From Chloroflexota bacterium (GTDB taxonomy: Bacteria > Chloroflexota > UBA11872 > VXNJ01), in contig OZ244593.1 in the NCBI GenBank assembly GCA_965218195.1, positions 3,061,413 through 3,125,412 of the forward strand: 64,000 bases of DNA, given 5' to 3'. The position numbers and the translations under genes are program-made. The notes below the pieces were generated by a model, which was not told the origin of the DNA, did not search any database, and saw nothing but the letters and a program-made list of their open reading frames with translations. Below are positions 37,624 to 47,989 of this stretch, piece after piece. Each line of letters starts with the position of its first letter. Position 1 is the stretch's first letter.

Positions 37624-39771
37624 GTGAAGCCCAGCACGAAGTCGCGCGAGTGCGCTAGGCGAGACATTGTGTGCGCCCTAGAAGATTTAACGGAGCAGGA
37701 TGGGTTCATATATGCGTTCTGCTTTCTAGTCTTTGAAAGCCTCTGGATTCCACCAGACGCGGTTGCAGATGTCGACTGGTACGAACGTCCCAACAAGGAG
37801 GAACTCTCCTTTCTATTGGGACTTATGGTCAAGCAGCCTATCCGTCTGAATCTCCCGGAAACCGAAGAATCGGTTCAATATCAGCGCAAAGCTGCGCGGC
37901 GCCTATTGAATGAACTCCACGAATCGTACTCGCCGCAGCGTTCGAGCTTTTCGGACTTCGAGGGGAATAACAGCGACCTGACTGCGAACGCCGCCCAAGC
38001 AGTACAAAACTTCCGCGCAAGTGGAGACCACACAGTGGAAGGGGCGTTCTATTCCGGTTCCGGCGCTTTCGACTTCCAATACCTCGACCTCGCAGCCAAA
38101 AGATACCTTCGTGACAGCGCTTGGATGGAGCAACACCTCGGTACGAGCGTGGAGTCAATCATCGAGATTTCTAGGCTCGTGAAGGAGCTACTCAATAGCC
38201 GCATGGTCGACCGCCGAGTACCAGCGACATTCGAAGAGGCGTGCCGCAGAGCTCTTTCGATTCTGTGCATTACCCCTGACGATCTCCCAGCAGCTGACCG
38301 TGGGTCGTTCAACGCCTTGATTGAGCACTTCGCCCTCACGCCCGGCTGCGTCAACTCAGGCCTCGACAGTCTAGGGGCATACAATCAAGCGCTCTCACAC
38401 CCTCTAATACGGCTCTCGCCAGACAGATACTTTCTGCCGATCTACCAAAACCTTCCCTGCTCAATCTATGAGAGTCCCTTCTACTGGATGCTGCAGAACC
38501 CACGTTATAAGGACGAGGGCCTCAAAAACCGGGGAGACGCCACCGAAGAGCTTGCATACGACATGCTGTCGCGCGTATTCGGAGATCAGGCAGTTTTCCG
38601 TGGAGTAGCGGTCTGCAGGGGCGGCCAACGAGTGACCGACATCGACGTTCTCGCGTTCGCAGGAAACAAGGCCATCGTTGTGCAAGCGAAGTCCAAGAAG
38701 ATGACGGAACTATCACGAAGAGGCGACGAGAACAGCGTTCGACGCGATTTTCGCGAGGCAATTCAGCAGGCGTACGACCAAGGGGTTGTCAGTAGGTCAG
38801 CGTTACTTGACGGGGACCACGCGTTCATAGACGAGCGTGGGCAACCTGTCCTCGTCAATCACAAGATCGACGACGCCTACATCCTCTGCCTGACGGGCGA
38901 CTATTACCCAGCCGTCACGGTCCAAGTCGATATTCATCTTCAGAAGCAGGCTCAAGATCCGTACCCAATTGCGTTGAGCATCTTTGACTTGCAGGTCCTT
39001 TGCTTCTACCTAGACGACCCATTCGACTTGCTGTACTACCTGCGTCAGCGTTCGCTTCATGCATCCCATTTTCACTCGGCCTCGGAGATGGCAATGCTGG
39101 GCTTTCATCTGCGCCAGAAGCTCTACCCGAATGCAAAGGTTAGTGGGATGTTCATAGCTTCGGACTACGCCCAGCTGATCGACGAGCACTATCCAATAGC
39201 AACCGGGCACTATCCGATAGCGGATGTTCCGGATCGGCTCCGTCATCAATGGAGAAATGACGAGTTTGAGCGACTAGTCGCTGATGTAAAGTCTTCCCCG
39301 GCTGCGGAACGAACAGATGCGCTGTTTTTCCTATTCGACTTGGCAGGCCCCGGAGCAGACGAACTGTTTGACTTCATTTCAGCGACGAAGCGGAAGACTC
39401 GTCGTGATGGTCGAATACACGATGCATCACTCCCTATGATGACTGGGGATAAGGGGGTTACGTTTGTTTGCTATCCGTCGATAGCCACCGATGTCTGGGC
39501 GCGGCTGCAAGCACATGCAATTGCGCGCAAATACAAGAGTCGCGCAAATGAGTGGTTAGGGCTCGGTTCGTTTGCTGGTAGCGACCGGATGGTGGACATG
39601 GTGTGGTACAGCAAAGAATCGTGGCGTCGAGATCTAGAACTGGAAGCTCTCTTAGCGCAAGGATTTCTTTCGTCTGGAACGTTTGTGAAGGGCAGAAGAA
39701 GGAAGATTGGCAGAAATGAACGCTGCTTTTGTGGAAGCGGGCTCAAATTCAAGAGATGTCACGGCGCATAA
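37624..39771 (+). CDS. Hypothetical protein (up to 715 aa) with a NERD/PD-(D/E)xK-like nuclease core and a C-terminal SEC-C metal-binding motif.
   Basis: The core reads ...ATEELAYDMLSRVFGDQAVFRGVAVCRGGQRVTDIDVLAFAGNKAIVVQAKSKK... (E...D-I-D...Q-A-K). The C-terminus reads RNERCFCGSGLKFKRCHGA. The GC is lower than that of its neighbours. The start is uncertain. Confidence 0.6.
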   Translation: MKPSTKSRECARRDIVCALEDLTEQDGFIYAFCFLVFESLWIPPDAVADVDWYERPNKEELSFLLGLMVKQPIRLNLPETEESVQYQRKAARRLLNELHESYSPQRSSFSDFEGNNSDLTANAAQAVQNFRASGDHTVEGAFYSGSGAFDFQYLDLAAKRYLRDSAWMEQHLGTSVESIIEISRLVKELLNSRMVDRRVPATFEEACRRALSILCITPDDLPAADRGSFNALIEHFALTPGCVNSGLDSLGAYNQALSHPLIRLSPDRYFLPIYQNLPCSIYESPFYWMLQNPRYKDEGLKNRGDATEELAYDMLSRVFGDQAVFRGVAVCRGGQRVTDIDVLAFAGNKAIVVQAKSKKMTELSRRGDENSVRRDFREAIQQAYDQGVVSRSALLDGDHAFIDERGQPVLVNHKIDDAYILCLTGDYYPAVTVQVDIHLQKQAQDPYPIALSIFDLQVLCFYLDDPFDLLYYLRQRSLHASHFHSASEMAMLGFHLRQKLYPNAKVSGMFIASDYAQLIDEHYPIATGHYPIADVPDRLRHQWRNDEFERLVADVKSSPAAERTDALFFLFDLAGPGADELFDFISATKRKTRRDGRIHDASLPMMTGDKGVTFVCYPSIATDVWARLQAHAIARKYKSRANEWLGLGSFAGSDRMVDMVWYSKESWRRDLELEALLAQGFLSSGTFVKGRRRKIGRNERCFCGSGLKFKRCHGA

Positions 39772-40299
39772 GCAGAGCAGAGCGGCCCGCTCGCTCCAAA
39801 CCTCGGAACTCCGTTCGGGAGGGATCTGCGAGGTGGCACTCGGCGACATTCTTCGACGCGTGATTGGCGTAGGCTTCACGAAGCGATGAGATGCAGTCGG
39901 AATACCACCCTATGTCTGCTTAGTGCGGACCGAGAGTCCAGTACCACGCTTCACGGGGACTGTAGGTGATTGAACTAGGCATGCGATCTACTCTTCGGTA
40001 GGCTCGGAAGGAGCGGCGCTTTCAGTTGGCAGGATTCCCAGCTCGACCAGCTCCGTTCGATCGCCCGTCACGTTGTATCGCTGCCACGCGCGGAAGGCGT
40101 GCCGCGCGGCACCGTTCTTCCTCGGGGGTGAGATCGGCCTCCTGAATGCTCGTCGGCTCGGTCCAGCGTGCGATTTGGTCGCTGTCTTCAGCCATGAGTC
40201 AACGATTTGCACCGTTGCCGCCGTCTAACATTCCTCGCGGACCGGTTTTCGGAAGAAGATCACTGTCCCTTAAACCCCTTGCGACAAGACGTTCTGGGC

Positions 40300-40610
40300 C
40301 AGCTTTCCGGGGCAGGTCAGCGGCAGCCGCCGACTACTACGACATTCGCAACACCTACGACGACCACCGAGAGCTGCTGGCGGCGGGTGTCGACGGCGTC
40401 GTGGTTGCGGTCCAGCACGCCTACCACTACGAGGTCGCCCGCGACGCGCTGGACGCCGGCGTCCATGTGCTAGTCGAGAAGCCGATGACCCTGACCGCGG
40501 CTGACGCCTGGGACCTCGTTGAAAGGGCAAAGAGCAACGGTCTGCACCTGATGGTCGGCTATACCTCCCAGTTCACGCGCCACGCGGATGCGGCGCGCGA
40601 GTCGTCGAGT
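40300..40610 (+). pseudogene. Internal fragment of a Gfo/Idh/MocA oxidoreductase (no N-terminal Rossmann region, truncated C-terminus).
   Basis: YYDIRNTYDDHRELLAAGVDGVVVAVQHAYHYEVARDALDAGVHVLVEKPMTLTAADAWDLVERAKSNGLHLMVGYTSQF matches residues about 60-150 of the family. Confidence 0.55.
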
Positions 40611-40735
40611 TTCTGGAGGTGGGCTACCGCTCGGCAGCTTGCCGGCGCCCGGTCAAGGTAGATTCTCTAATCTAAGCGCGCCGGTTCCCTCAGCAGGACG
40701 GCGGCGTGTTTCCCTGCGACTGAGGAGATTGGTTC

Positions 40736-41608
40736 ATGGAAAAGCTGGAGTTCGTCGATACTCACGTGCACTTCTACGACATGCAGCACCCGGAGCTGGT
40801 GTACAGCGACTGGCAGCCCGGCGTTCCGCATCCGTCGCTGGGGTGGCAAATCCAGAAGCTCGCGGAGAGAAACTATTTCGCCGAGGACTACATCGCCGAG
40901 ACCCGGAACGCGAACGTCATCAAGGCTGTACACGTGCAGGCCGCGATCGGCAGTCCCGATCCGGTCACGGAGACCGAGTGGCTGCAGGAGGCAGCGGACC
41001 GCACGGGGTTTCCTCACGGGATCGTGGCGCACGCGGACCTGCGCGATCCGGGAGTGGAGAGGGTACTGGAGCGTCACTGCGAGTCTCCCAACATGCGGGG
41101 GATACGGGACTTCTCCTACGGCGACTACCTAGTCGAGCCGGACTACCAGCGGGGCTTCGCTCTGCTGGAGAAATACAATCTGGTGTCAAGCATGCCGGTC
41201 GGGTGGCCGGACATGGAGAAGCTTCGGGCCCTGGCAAACAAGTTTTCAAACATCACGATCGTAGTCGATCACACCGGCTCTCCCGCAGAACGCACGGAAG
41301 AGTACTTCGAGAAGTGGAAGCGCGGCGTGGCCGTGGCGGCCAGTTGCGACAACGTCCGCTGGAAGATCTCCGGCCTCGGCATGGGCGACCACAACTGGAC
41401 GGTAGACAGTATCCGGCGGTACGTGCTCACATCCATCGAGACTTTCGGAGTGGACCGCTGCTTCTTCGCGAGCAACTGGCCGGTGGACTGGCTATGGAGC
41501 ACGTACGACGAACTCGTGGACGCCTACACGGAAACCATCTCGGGCTTAAGCAGGGATGAGCAGACCGCGCTTTTCTCGAAGAACGCTCAGGAGCTGTACC
41601 GCATCTGA
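40736..41608 (+). CDS. Amidohydrolase-2 family metal-dependent hydrolase (TIM barrel).
   Basis: It has an N-terminal DTHVHFYD motif and a C-terminal FASNWPVD motif, and it is 290 aa. Confidence 0.75.
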   Translation: MEKLEFVDTHVHFYDMQHPELVYSDWQPGVPHPSLGWQIQKLAERNYFAEDYIAETRNANVIKAVHVQAAIGSPDPVTETEWLQEAADRTGFPHGIVAHADLRDPGVERVLERHCESPNMRGIRDFSYGDYLVEPDYQRGFALLEKYNLVSSMPVGWPDMEKLRALANKFSNITIVVDHTGSPAERTEEYFEKWKRGVAVAASCDNVRWKISGLGMGDHNWTVDSIRRYVLTSIETFGVDRCFFASNWPVDWLWSTYDELVDAYTETISGLSRDEQTALFSKNAQELYRI

Positions 41609-42790
41609 CGGCGGATGCCGCAGGCGGGGATGCTGGTGCAGATCGACGGCAGCCACCACCGGTGGCTGGAGGAACGTGGCCCGAGCTTCGCGCTGCTATT
41701 GGCCGTGGACGATGCGACCAGCATGGCGCCTTACGCGCTGTTCCAGCCGGAGGAGGACGCGCGAGGATACCTGATGCTGATGGAGGGACTGATCCAGCGC
41801 CACGGTATACCGCTGGCCGTCTACAGCGACCGTCACGCCGTTTTCAAGCATCCCGGCGAGCCTCGGCAGAAGCTGCCGGAACCGACGCAGTTTGCCCGTG
41901 CGATGCAGCAGTTGGGCATACGACAGATATTCGCGCGATCGCCACAAGCCAAGGGGCGTGTCGAGCGGACCGCGGGGACGTTCCAGGATCGACTCGTAAC
42001 TGAACTGCGCCTAGCTAGGGTCGAGACGATCGACGACGCCAACGCGGTTCGACAGGCAGTTCGGAGTCCCGGCGGCGCAGTCACAGGTCGCCTACCGCCC
42101 ACCGGAAACGGCGGCTGCCGTGGAACAGGCCCTGTGCTTCAGGTACCGCCGCAAGGTCGCCAAGGACAACACCGTCAAGTACAGATGGCGTACTCTGCAG
42201 CTACTACCCGACCAGGAGCGGCCCAGCTACGCCGGAGTCCGGGTGGAGGTGCTTGAGCGACCGGACGGTCGACTGCTGGTGAAGTACAAGGGACGCATGA
42301 TCCCGACCCAGGAGGCGCCCCCACGTCCCAGCCTCATGCGTGTGCTCAGTCAGACTCCCAGCCGCAACGGTAGCGCCATGGCTCCGGCTACCATCACCAC
42401 CCGCTCGCAGCTCTCGAATCGCGCGGCATCAACGACGCCAAATCGAACCGTCCCAGCAGAGCGCGCAAGCATGCAGCTCCGATGCCTAGGAAGCCAACCC
42501 CGCGCCAAGTGGCACTGTGGGAGGCGCTACAGGAGGCCAAGGTCCGTGGCCTGTCCATCCGTGGGATCGCGAGGGAGTTGGGTATCCATAGGAACACCGC
42601 CCGCAAGTACGCGGTAGCCGAGAGGCCGCCCGTGATGGCATTGCTCAACATCCCAGTGGCGCTACCCGATACTATGAACAACAATGCCGACTGACATTTT
42701 CGCTGACCACTTAGAAGGACATTTTCGCTGGACATCGACACAGGTCACGGCCAGCGCTCCGTTGCTGGACATGACTCTTCTATGGGGCAG
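41609..42790 (+). mobile_element. Second, 5'-truncated and frameshifted copy of the rve-type IS. It begins immediately at the amidohydrolase stop.
   Basis: The protein pieces lie in three frames (41615-42256, 42120-42617 and 42482-42694) and align with the 1339-2148 fragment. The same sub-terminal repeats GACATTTTCGCTG x2 occur at 42695-42760. Confidence 0.6.
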
Positions 42791-43107
42791 CCGGATCATG
42801 GCGGATGCGCTGACTGACGTAGAGGTTACGATTTAGGAGTTGGCACCTGCGCCATAGTGCCGATCACATCGTTACGGAGATCGCGAGCTACGACAAGGAC
42901 TTCGGCTTGGCAGCAGGACTCCAAAGGGCGGAGCCGTGATAGGGCAACCAGGGATCAGGAGTGAGAGATCGGCAAGCGAAAATGGTATAAGGGCAGGCCG
43001 GACGGCAGTAGCATCCTCGTTCACTTGCGTTGCCCTTTTTCTCCTAAGGAAGATGTTCGAAAAAGCTGTTAATTAGAATGAATCGTGAATTGAAACGGAA
43101 ACCCTAG

Positions 43108-43567
43108 ATGACAACAAACGATCGCATCATTCTCGATCAGGTTCTCGGCCAACGTCGGAGCGAAGTTGACCCAGATGCGGACGACAGTTCTTTTTTCGAG
43201 TTCTTCACCGCAGAGCAGGTTCTGAAGGATTTCGATCTCTCGTATGACGAGATAGAGTCTGGCTTGGTCGGCGACGGGGGCGATGGCGGGATAGACGCGA
43301 TATATCTGCTAGTGAATGGTGGCCTAGTTCAAGAGGACCCGGATTATGGCCGCCTGAGAAAGGACATTGCCATCGATCTGATCATCCTGCAGTCGAAGAT
43401 GCGCGCCGGGTTCCAAGAAACTCCAATCGAACGCTTTCTTACAGTCAGTAGCAACCTTTTTGACCTTTCAACAGAAGCTTCAACTCTTTCCGGCGTTTAC
43501 AATGAACGCCTTATAGAGTCAATGCAGCGTTTTCACGGCCTCTATCAAAAACTCGCCGCTTCGTTTC
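43108..43567 (+). pseudogene. N-terminal about 150 aa of an AIPR-family (abortive infection phage resistance) protein, truncated by IS3 copy 2.
   Basis: DRIILDQVL...SSFFEFFTAEQVLKDFDLSYDEIESGLVGDGGDGGIDAIYLLVNGGLVQEDPD...IDLIILQSK matches the AIPR N-terminal pattern. The ORF runs straight into the IS end at 43568. Only about 400 bp remain beyond the IS. Confidence 0.55.
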
Positions 43568-44768
43568 TGACCCTGCCCCCAACTTACCCTCACTCATAAG
43601 TAGAATCTTTTCAGGTTATGGCCCCAATTGGGGCGGGCTGCAAACTGGTTGGGTGTGAGCCCATCCAGGCTCGTGTGCGGGCGTGTTGTGTTGTAGTCGT
43701 ACCTCCATTCCGCGATGATCCGCCGCGCTTCGGCCAGGCCGGCGAAGAGATGTTGGTTGAGGCACTCGTCGCGCAGGCGGCCGTTGAAGCTCTCGACAAA
43801 GCCGTTTTGCATGGGCTTGCCCGGTGCGATGTAGTGCCAGCCAACGCCGCGTTCCTGCTGCCAGCGCAGGATAGCGTTTGAGGTGAGCTCGGTGCCGTTG
43901 TCGCTGACCAGCATGCGGGGGCGGCCCCGCAGCTCGACGATGCGGTCCAGCTCCCGAGCCACGCGGACGCCAGACAGCGATGTGTCGACGACGAGGGCGA
44001 GGCACTCGCGGCTGAAGTCGTCCACCACCGCCAGGATGCGGAACCGCCTGCCGTCGGCCAATGCATCCGCGACGAAATCGAGCGACCAGCGCTGGTTGCG
44101 GTTCCAGGGGAGCAGCAGCGGGGCACGCGTGCCGAGCGCCCGCTTGCGCCCGCCTCGCTTGCGCACCGTGAGCCGTTCCTCGCGATAGATGCGATAGAGC
44201 TTTTTATGATTGAGCCGGATGCCTTCCCTGGCCAGCAGGATGTGCAGACGGCGGTAGCCGAACCGTCGGCGCTGCTCGGCCAATTCCCGCAACCGCTTGC
44301 GGATGCCGGCGTCGTCCGGCCGCCTCGATTCATAGCGCTAAGTCTTCGGATCCATCCCGACAAGAGCGCAGGCACGGCGCTGCGAGTGACTAGTCTCCGT
44401 CATCGCCCAGGCCGCGGCCTTCCTCCGCAATCTGGGCGTTAGAAGTTTTTTGCAAGTAGCTCGCGCAGCGTCGCCACATCCAGCATCGATTCCGCCAGCA
44501 GCTTCTTCAGGCGCCGGTTCTCATCCTCCAGCCCCTTCAGCTTCCTGGCGTCTGATACCTCCATGCCGCCGTACTTGGACCGCCACTTGTAAAACGTCGC
44601 GCCGCTGACCCCGTACTTGCGGCAGAGCTCTGCGGCTGGCAACCCCGCCTGCTGCTCTTTGAGGATGCCGATGATCTGTTCCTCGCGTTACCTGCTCCGT
44701 CTCATGTCCGTCTCCTCCCATTGAACGGACTCTACTCAAAATCGAGGGCATTTTCGGGGGCAAGGTCA
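43568..44768 (-). mobile_element. IS3-family element copy 2 (1201 bp, about 98-99% identical to copy 1), inactivated by two nonsense mutations.
   Basis: The ends are the same as copy 1. orfA has TAT to TAA (..SR*R.. at 44685 region; copy 1 has SRYR). orfB has TAC to TAG (KT*R at 44330 region; copy 1 has KTYR). No target-site duplication is visible. Confidence 0.8.
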
Positions 44769-45163
44769 CTGGCTAGAGAGAAATTCCTTTCGTTGATCAC
44801 TGATCTGAACATAGGCGGCAAGCCGTTGGGAACAATTCAAGTTGAGAGAGACCTTTTGATTGAACAGCTTCATTCAACGTATCGCGGTGCTCCCAATACT
44901 ACGTCTCGGGCATATGAAAAAGCACAGAAGGCTCTTAAGCGGGATGAAGAAATGACATTTTCTGATGACGAGATCGACGCATTTCTACCAAACGAACTTA
45001 GAAGAAGCTAACGACGCCCTGCTGCGCCATCTCTACTCTCAACTTGAGTCGGGCGCGAGCAACGTTTCAAGGACTTGCACCGGAACGACGGTTGACCGCT
45101 TTGCAAATCCCTTACGCCCTCGACAACTAGAACCACTAAGTAGCTGAATTGTTGCGGTCGGCC

Positions 45164-47989
45164 TTACAAACGCCGGTTAGACACCACGGGTTCTGAGGCT
45201 AAGAGGTCGCGGAGCTTGCTCAGATTGGGCAGTGCCAGGATTTCGGAGATTCCGTCGTCCAAGGACTGCCGCGCCGGGCAATGCGCCATACCCGGCAGGC
45301 GTTCGAACTCGGCTTCAGCCAGTTGGTCGAACAGGTCCGACAGGCCGTGAAGCCGTGAGGTCGAAATTTCCCGCAGGTCCAGGACGGGCAGTTCTGAGAG
45401 ATCGGCCTTTTTCATGGCGACCCAGCCGCCTTCCGTGCTGGTCCGCTGGGCCAGAATGGTCAACAGGCCAAGGCTGGAATTCAGCCAAACCGCCAGCGCC
45501 TTCTCATGCGATACGACTTCAACCCGGACGGGCCACCAGACGTTTGAAAGGACTCGCATTTTGGACTTCATGGCGACGACTCTGGCGGTGTCGAGCCGCA
45601 GCCGTTCGGCGACGAGGAGTCGACCGGATTGCCGCCAGAGGCGTTCACCGTAACCTGGCTTTTGTCCGCCTTTTGGCCGTATCAATGGTGACAGATAAAC
45701 GTCAGGTGAGCATATGAGAGACCTCCGTTGCTCCGTATCGTGTCCCTCGACCATCGGGTAAGCAGTCGGAGAACTGGTCCTACTATATCCGTCGACGAGC
45801 CGACGTCTGTCGGGGCCGATTTGACCGAGCTCACCGAGCCGGTACAGCGCAATGTTGGCGGTATCTTCCTCACCCGGTACCCACACTACGCCGTCGTCGA
45901 GCAGGCTGAGGGCGCAGCGGGTTACATCGGCGCGAGCGAACTGCACGCCTGACCATTTCTTTCCCGCGAACTTCGATTCGGGAATCGAAACCATTTCGCC
46001 GACGTGCCGGCCGTCCACTTCCAGCAGCGCCGCGCCCGTTCCCTCGAGATTCGCCGGCGTCGTGGTGGCGATGGCCTGAGCCATCCCGGGCACATCCGAC
46101 ACGCCGTCCGGGTTCCGCCAGAGGTTGACGAAGGTGCTGCGACGCTCAACATTGACGTGTTTCTCAGGGCGGCGCGTAGCAATAAGCAGCGCCTCGGAGA
46201 GGTCGGTGCTGTCCGAAAAGTTCCAGCGCAGCGGATCGTGCGACGTAATCACCATGTCGAGGGCGAAGTCATGCTCGATTAGGGCGCGCGTCTGCCGCCA
46301 CGAGGGGCCGGTACATACGGTGGCGGGCAGCACCAGCGCCAGGCGTCCCTCGCCGGGCCGCAGCCTGGGGACCGCCGCCGCAACGAATGCGGCGCCGAGT
46401 CCGGCGGTGGCTGATGCCTGCCTTGATCTAAGGCGACGCGACAGCTCGCTTTGAAGTTTTCGCCGGTCCGCTGCGGGCAGGCTGCCGAACAGCAGGTTGC
46501 CGCCCACGGAGCGCGTGAATGGCGGGTTCATTATCGCCAGGTCCAAGTCCGGCAGCGTGGCGGTCGCACCCTCTTCCACACCCCGAGAACCGCCGCCGGA
46601 CACCCTTCCGGGTTCCCTGGTGGCTACTCGCATCTCCTCGGCGGACAGCGCGAATTGCACCGGTACGTGGGTCTCTCCCAGGAATTCCAGCGAGCCCAGA
46701 GACACCTTCGAGCCTTCAGCCCCCAGGGGCATTACGTAGAGATTCATGCGGTCGAACTGTATGTCCGGGTTCAGCATCGCCAGGCTGGTGGCGGCGAAAT
46801 GTACGGCGGAAAGCTGAACGTCGTAGCCGTGCAGGGCCTGCTCCACCATGGCTTTGTGCAGCTCGGGGGCGTTTTGGCCGCCGGCGTCGGAGTGCCGGCG
46901 CTCGACCTCGGCGGCCACCGCCATCAGCAAGGTTCCAGTGCCGCAAGCCAGGTCGGCCACGTTGAGGGATGCCGGAAATTCGTGGTCGCTCCAGTCGACG
47001 TGCGAGGGCCAGTCGTGAAACACCAGCCGGGAAAGCAGCGTGGCCGCCGGCACCGACGTGTAATAGGCGCCGGTGAACTTGGCGTCGGTCAAGAGCGTAT
47101 GGAACAGCCGCCCGGATAAATCGTGCCCCGCCAAATGACGCGTGTCTTCCATAGCCCTGACCAACGGTACGATGACCGGCGTCCGGATCTCGTCCGGCCC
47201 GTCGCCGAGCACGTCAAGGATGTTGGACGCCAACTCGAAGACCGGCACGTAGTCGATGTCGTCGCAGATGGAGCGCCAGGCCCAACGGAGTCCGGGAAGG
47301 CCATGCCCCAACGCTTCGCCGACGGTCGGAACGTCCTCATTAGCGGCGGCGAGACGGTCCTGGAAAGCGAGAGCGTTGAAGAGCACCAAACACCCGATGC
47401 GCAGGGCCGCGGCGCGGTCCCTTTCGTGATCGGTGCTGGCGATAATGTCGGCGATGCGACGGGATATCCGGGCGTGTTTGGCTATTTGTTGCGCCGCCTG
47501 TTCCAGCCCGTACCCAACGGCGGTGGCGGCGGCCACCACCCGGTCCACGCCTTCCAGTTCCAATAGAAGGGTACGCAGGTGATCGGCAAGCTCGGCTGCC
47601 GACCCTCGCCGGACGCGGCGCTCTGGCGCAATCCCGCCACGAGAGCCATGCAGCCACCATTGGAGGTCAGTGGCGGCCTCGAGGTTCGAGCGTGTGTTCT
47701 CCGTGTACTTGAGCCTGTCGGGATAGAGAACGCCAATCATTCCAAGAGCTTCGGGGAAATCTTGCAGACGTTCTTCGAGCTGCTCTTCCAGGAGGCTCGC
47801 CGCCCCCTCCCACTTGCATTCCAGGATGACTAGGTCGCCGCTTCGCAGCTCGACCCGGACATCGGGCGCGCCCTTCCGGCTGCGGCGCTCCCCCCTGGCC
47901 GATATGCCGCGCTCACGGAGCAACTCGGCTAGAAGGACATTTACGCCTTCCTCACGAATAGTTTCGGGATCGCTCTGTCGAGTGGCCAT
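45164..47989 (-). CDS. Fused restriction-modification-type protein (941 aa): an N-terminal PD-(D/E)xK nuclease motif plus a gamma-class N6-adenine DNA methyltransferase (type IIG-like).
   Basis: The nuclease core is GAPDVRVELRSGDLVILECKWEG (D...E-C-K). MTase motif I is VADLACGTGTLL. Motif IV is IMNPPFTRS. The long C-terminal region is a presumed target-recognition domain. Confidence 0.7.
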   Translation of the reverse strand: MATRQSDPETIREEGVNVLLAELLRERGISARGERRSRKGAPDVRVELRSGDLVILECKWEGAASLLEEQLEERLQDFPEALGMIGVLYPDRLKYTENTRSNLEAATDLQWWLHGSRGGIAPERRVRRGSAAELADHLRTLLLELEGVDRVVAAATAVGYGLEQAAQQIAKHARISRRIADIIASTDHERDRAAALRIGCLVLFNALAFQDRLAAANEDVPTVGEALGHGLPGLRWAWRSICDDIDYVPVFELASNILDVLGDGPDEIRTPVIVPLVRAMEDTRHLAGHDLSGRLFHTLLTDAKFTGAYYTSVPAATLLSRLVFHDWPSHVDWSDHEFPASLNVADLACGTGTLLMAVAAEVERRHSDAGGQNAPELHKAMVEQALHGYDVQLSAVHFAATSLAMLNPDIQFDRMNLYVMPLGAEGSKVSLGSLEFLGETHVPVQFALSAEEMRVATREPGRVSGGGSRGVEEGATATLPDLDLAIMNPPFTRSVGGNLLFGSLPAADRRKLQSELSRRLRSRQASATAGLGAAFVAAAVPRLRPGEGRLALVLPATVCTGPSWRQTRALIEHDFALDMVITSHDPLRWNFSDSTDLSEALLIATRRPEKHVNVERRSTFVNLWRNPDGVSDVPGMAQAIATTTPANLEGTGAALLEVDGRHVGEMVSIPESKFAGKKWSGVQFARADVTRCALSLLDDGVVWVPGEEDTANIALYRLGELGQIGPDRRRLVDGYSRTSSPTAYPMVEGHDTEQRRSLICSPDVYLSPLIRPKGGQKPGYGERLWRQSGRLLVAERLRLDTARVVAMKSKMRVLSNVWWPVRVEVVSHEKALAVWLNSSLGLLTILAQRTSTEGGWVAMKKADLSELPVLDLREISTSRLHGLSDLFDQLAEAEFERLPGMAHCPARQSLDDGISEILALPNLSKLRDLLASEPVVSNRRL

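Noticed and set aside
15945-44768. Hypothesis that the two inverted IS3-family copies mediated an inversion of the 26-kb segment between them.
   Set aside because: The flanking 3-4 bp do not show the reciprocal target-site-duplication pattern expected after inversion (ggac/ccct against tttc/ctgg). The lack of TSDs is more simply explained by adjacent deletions.
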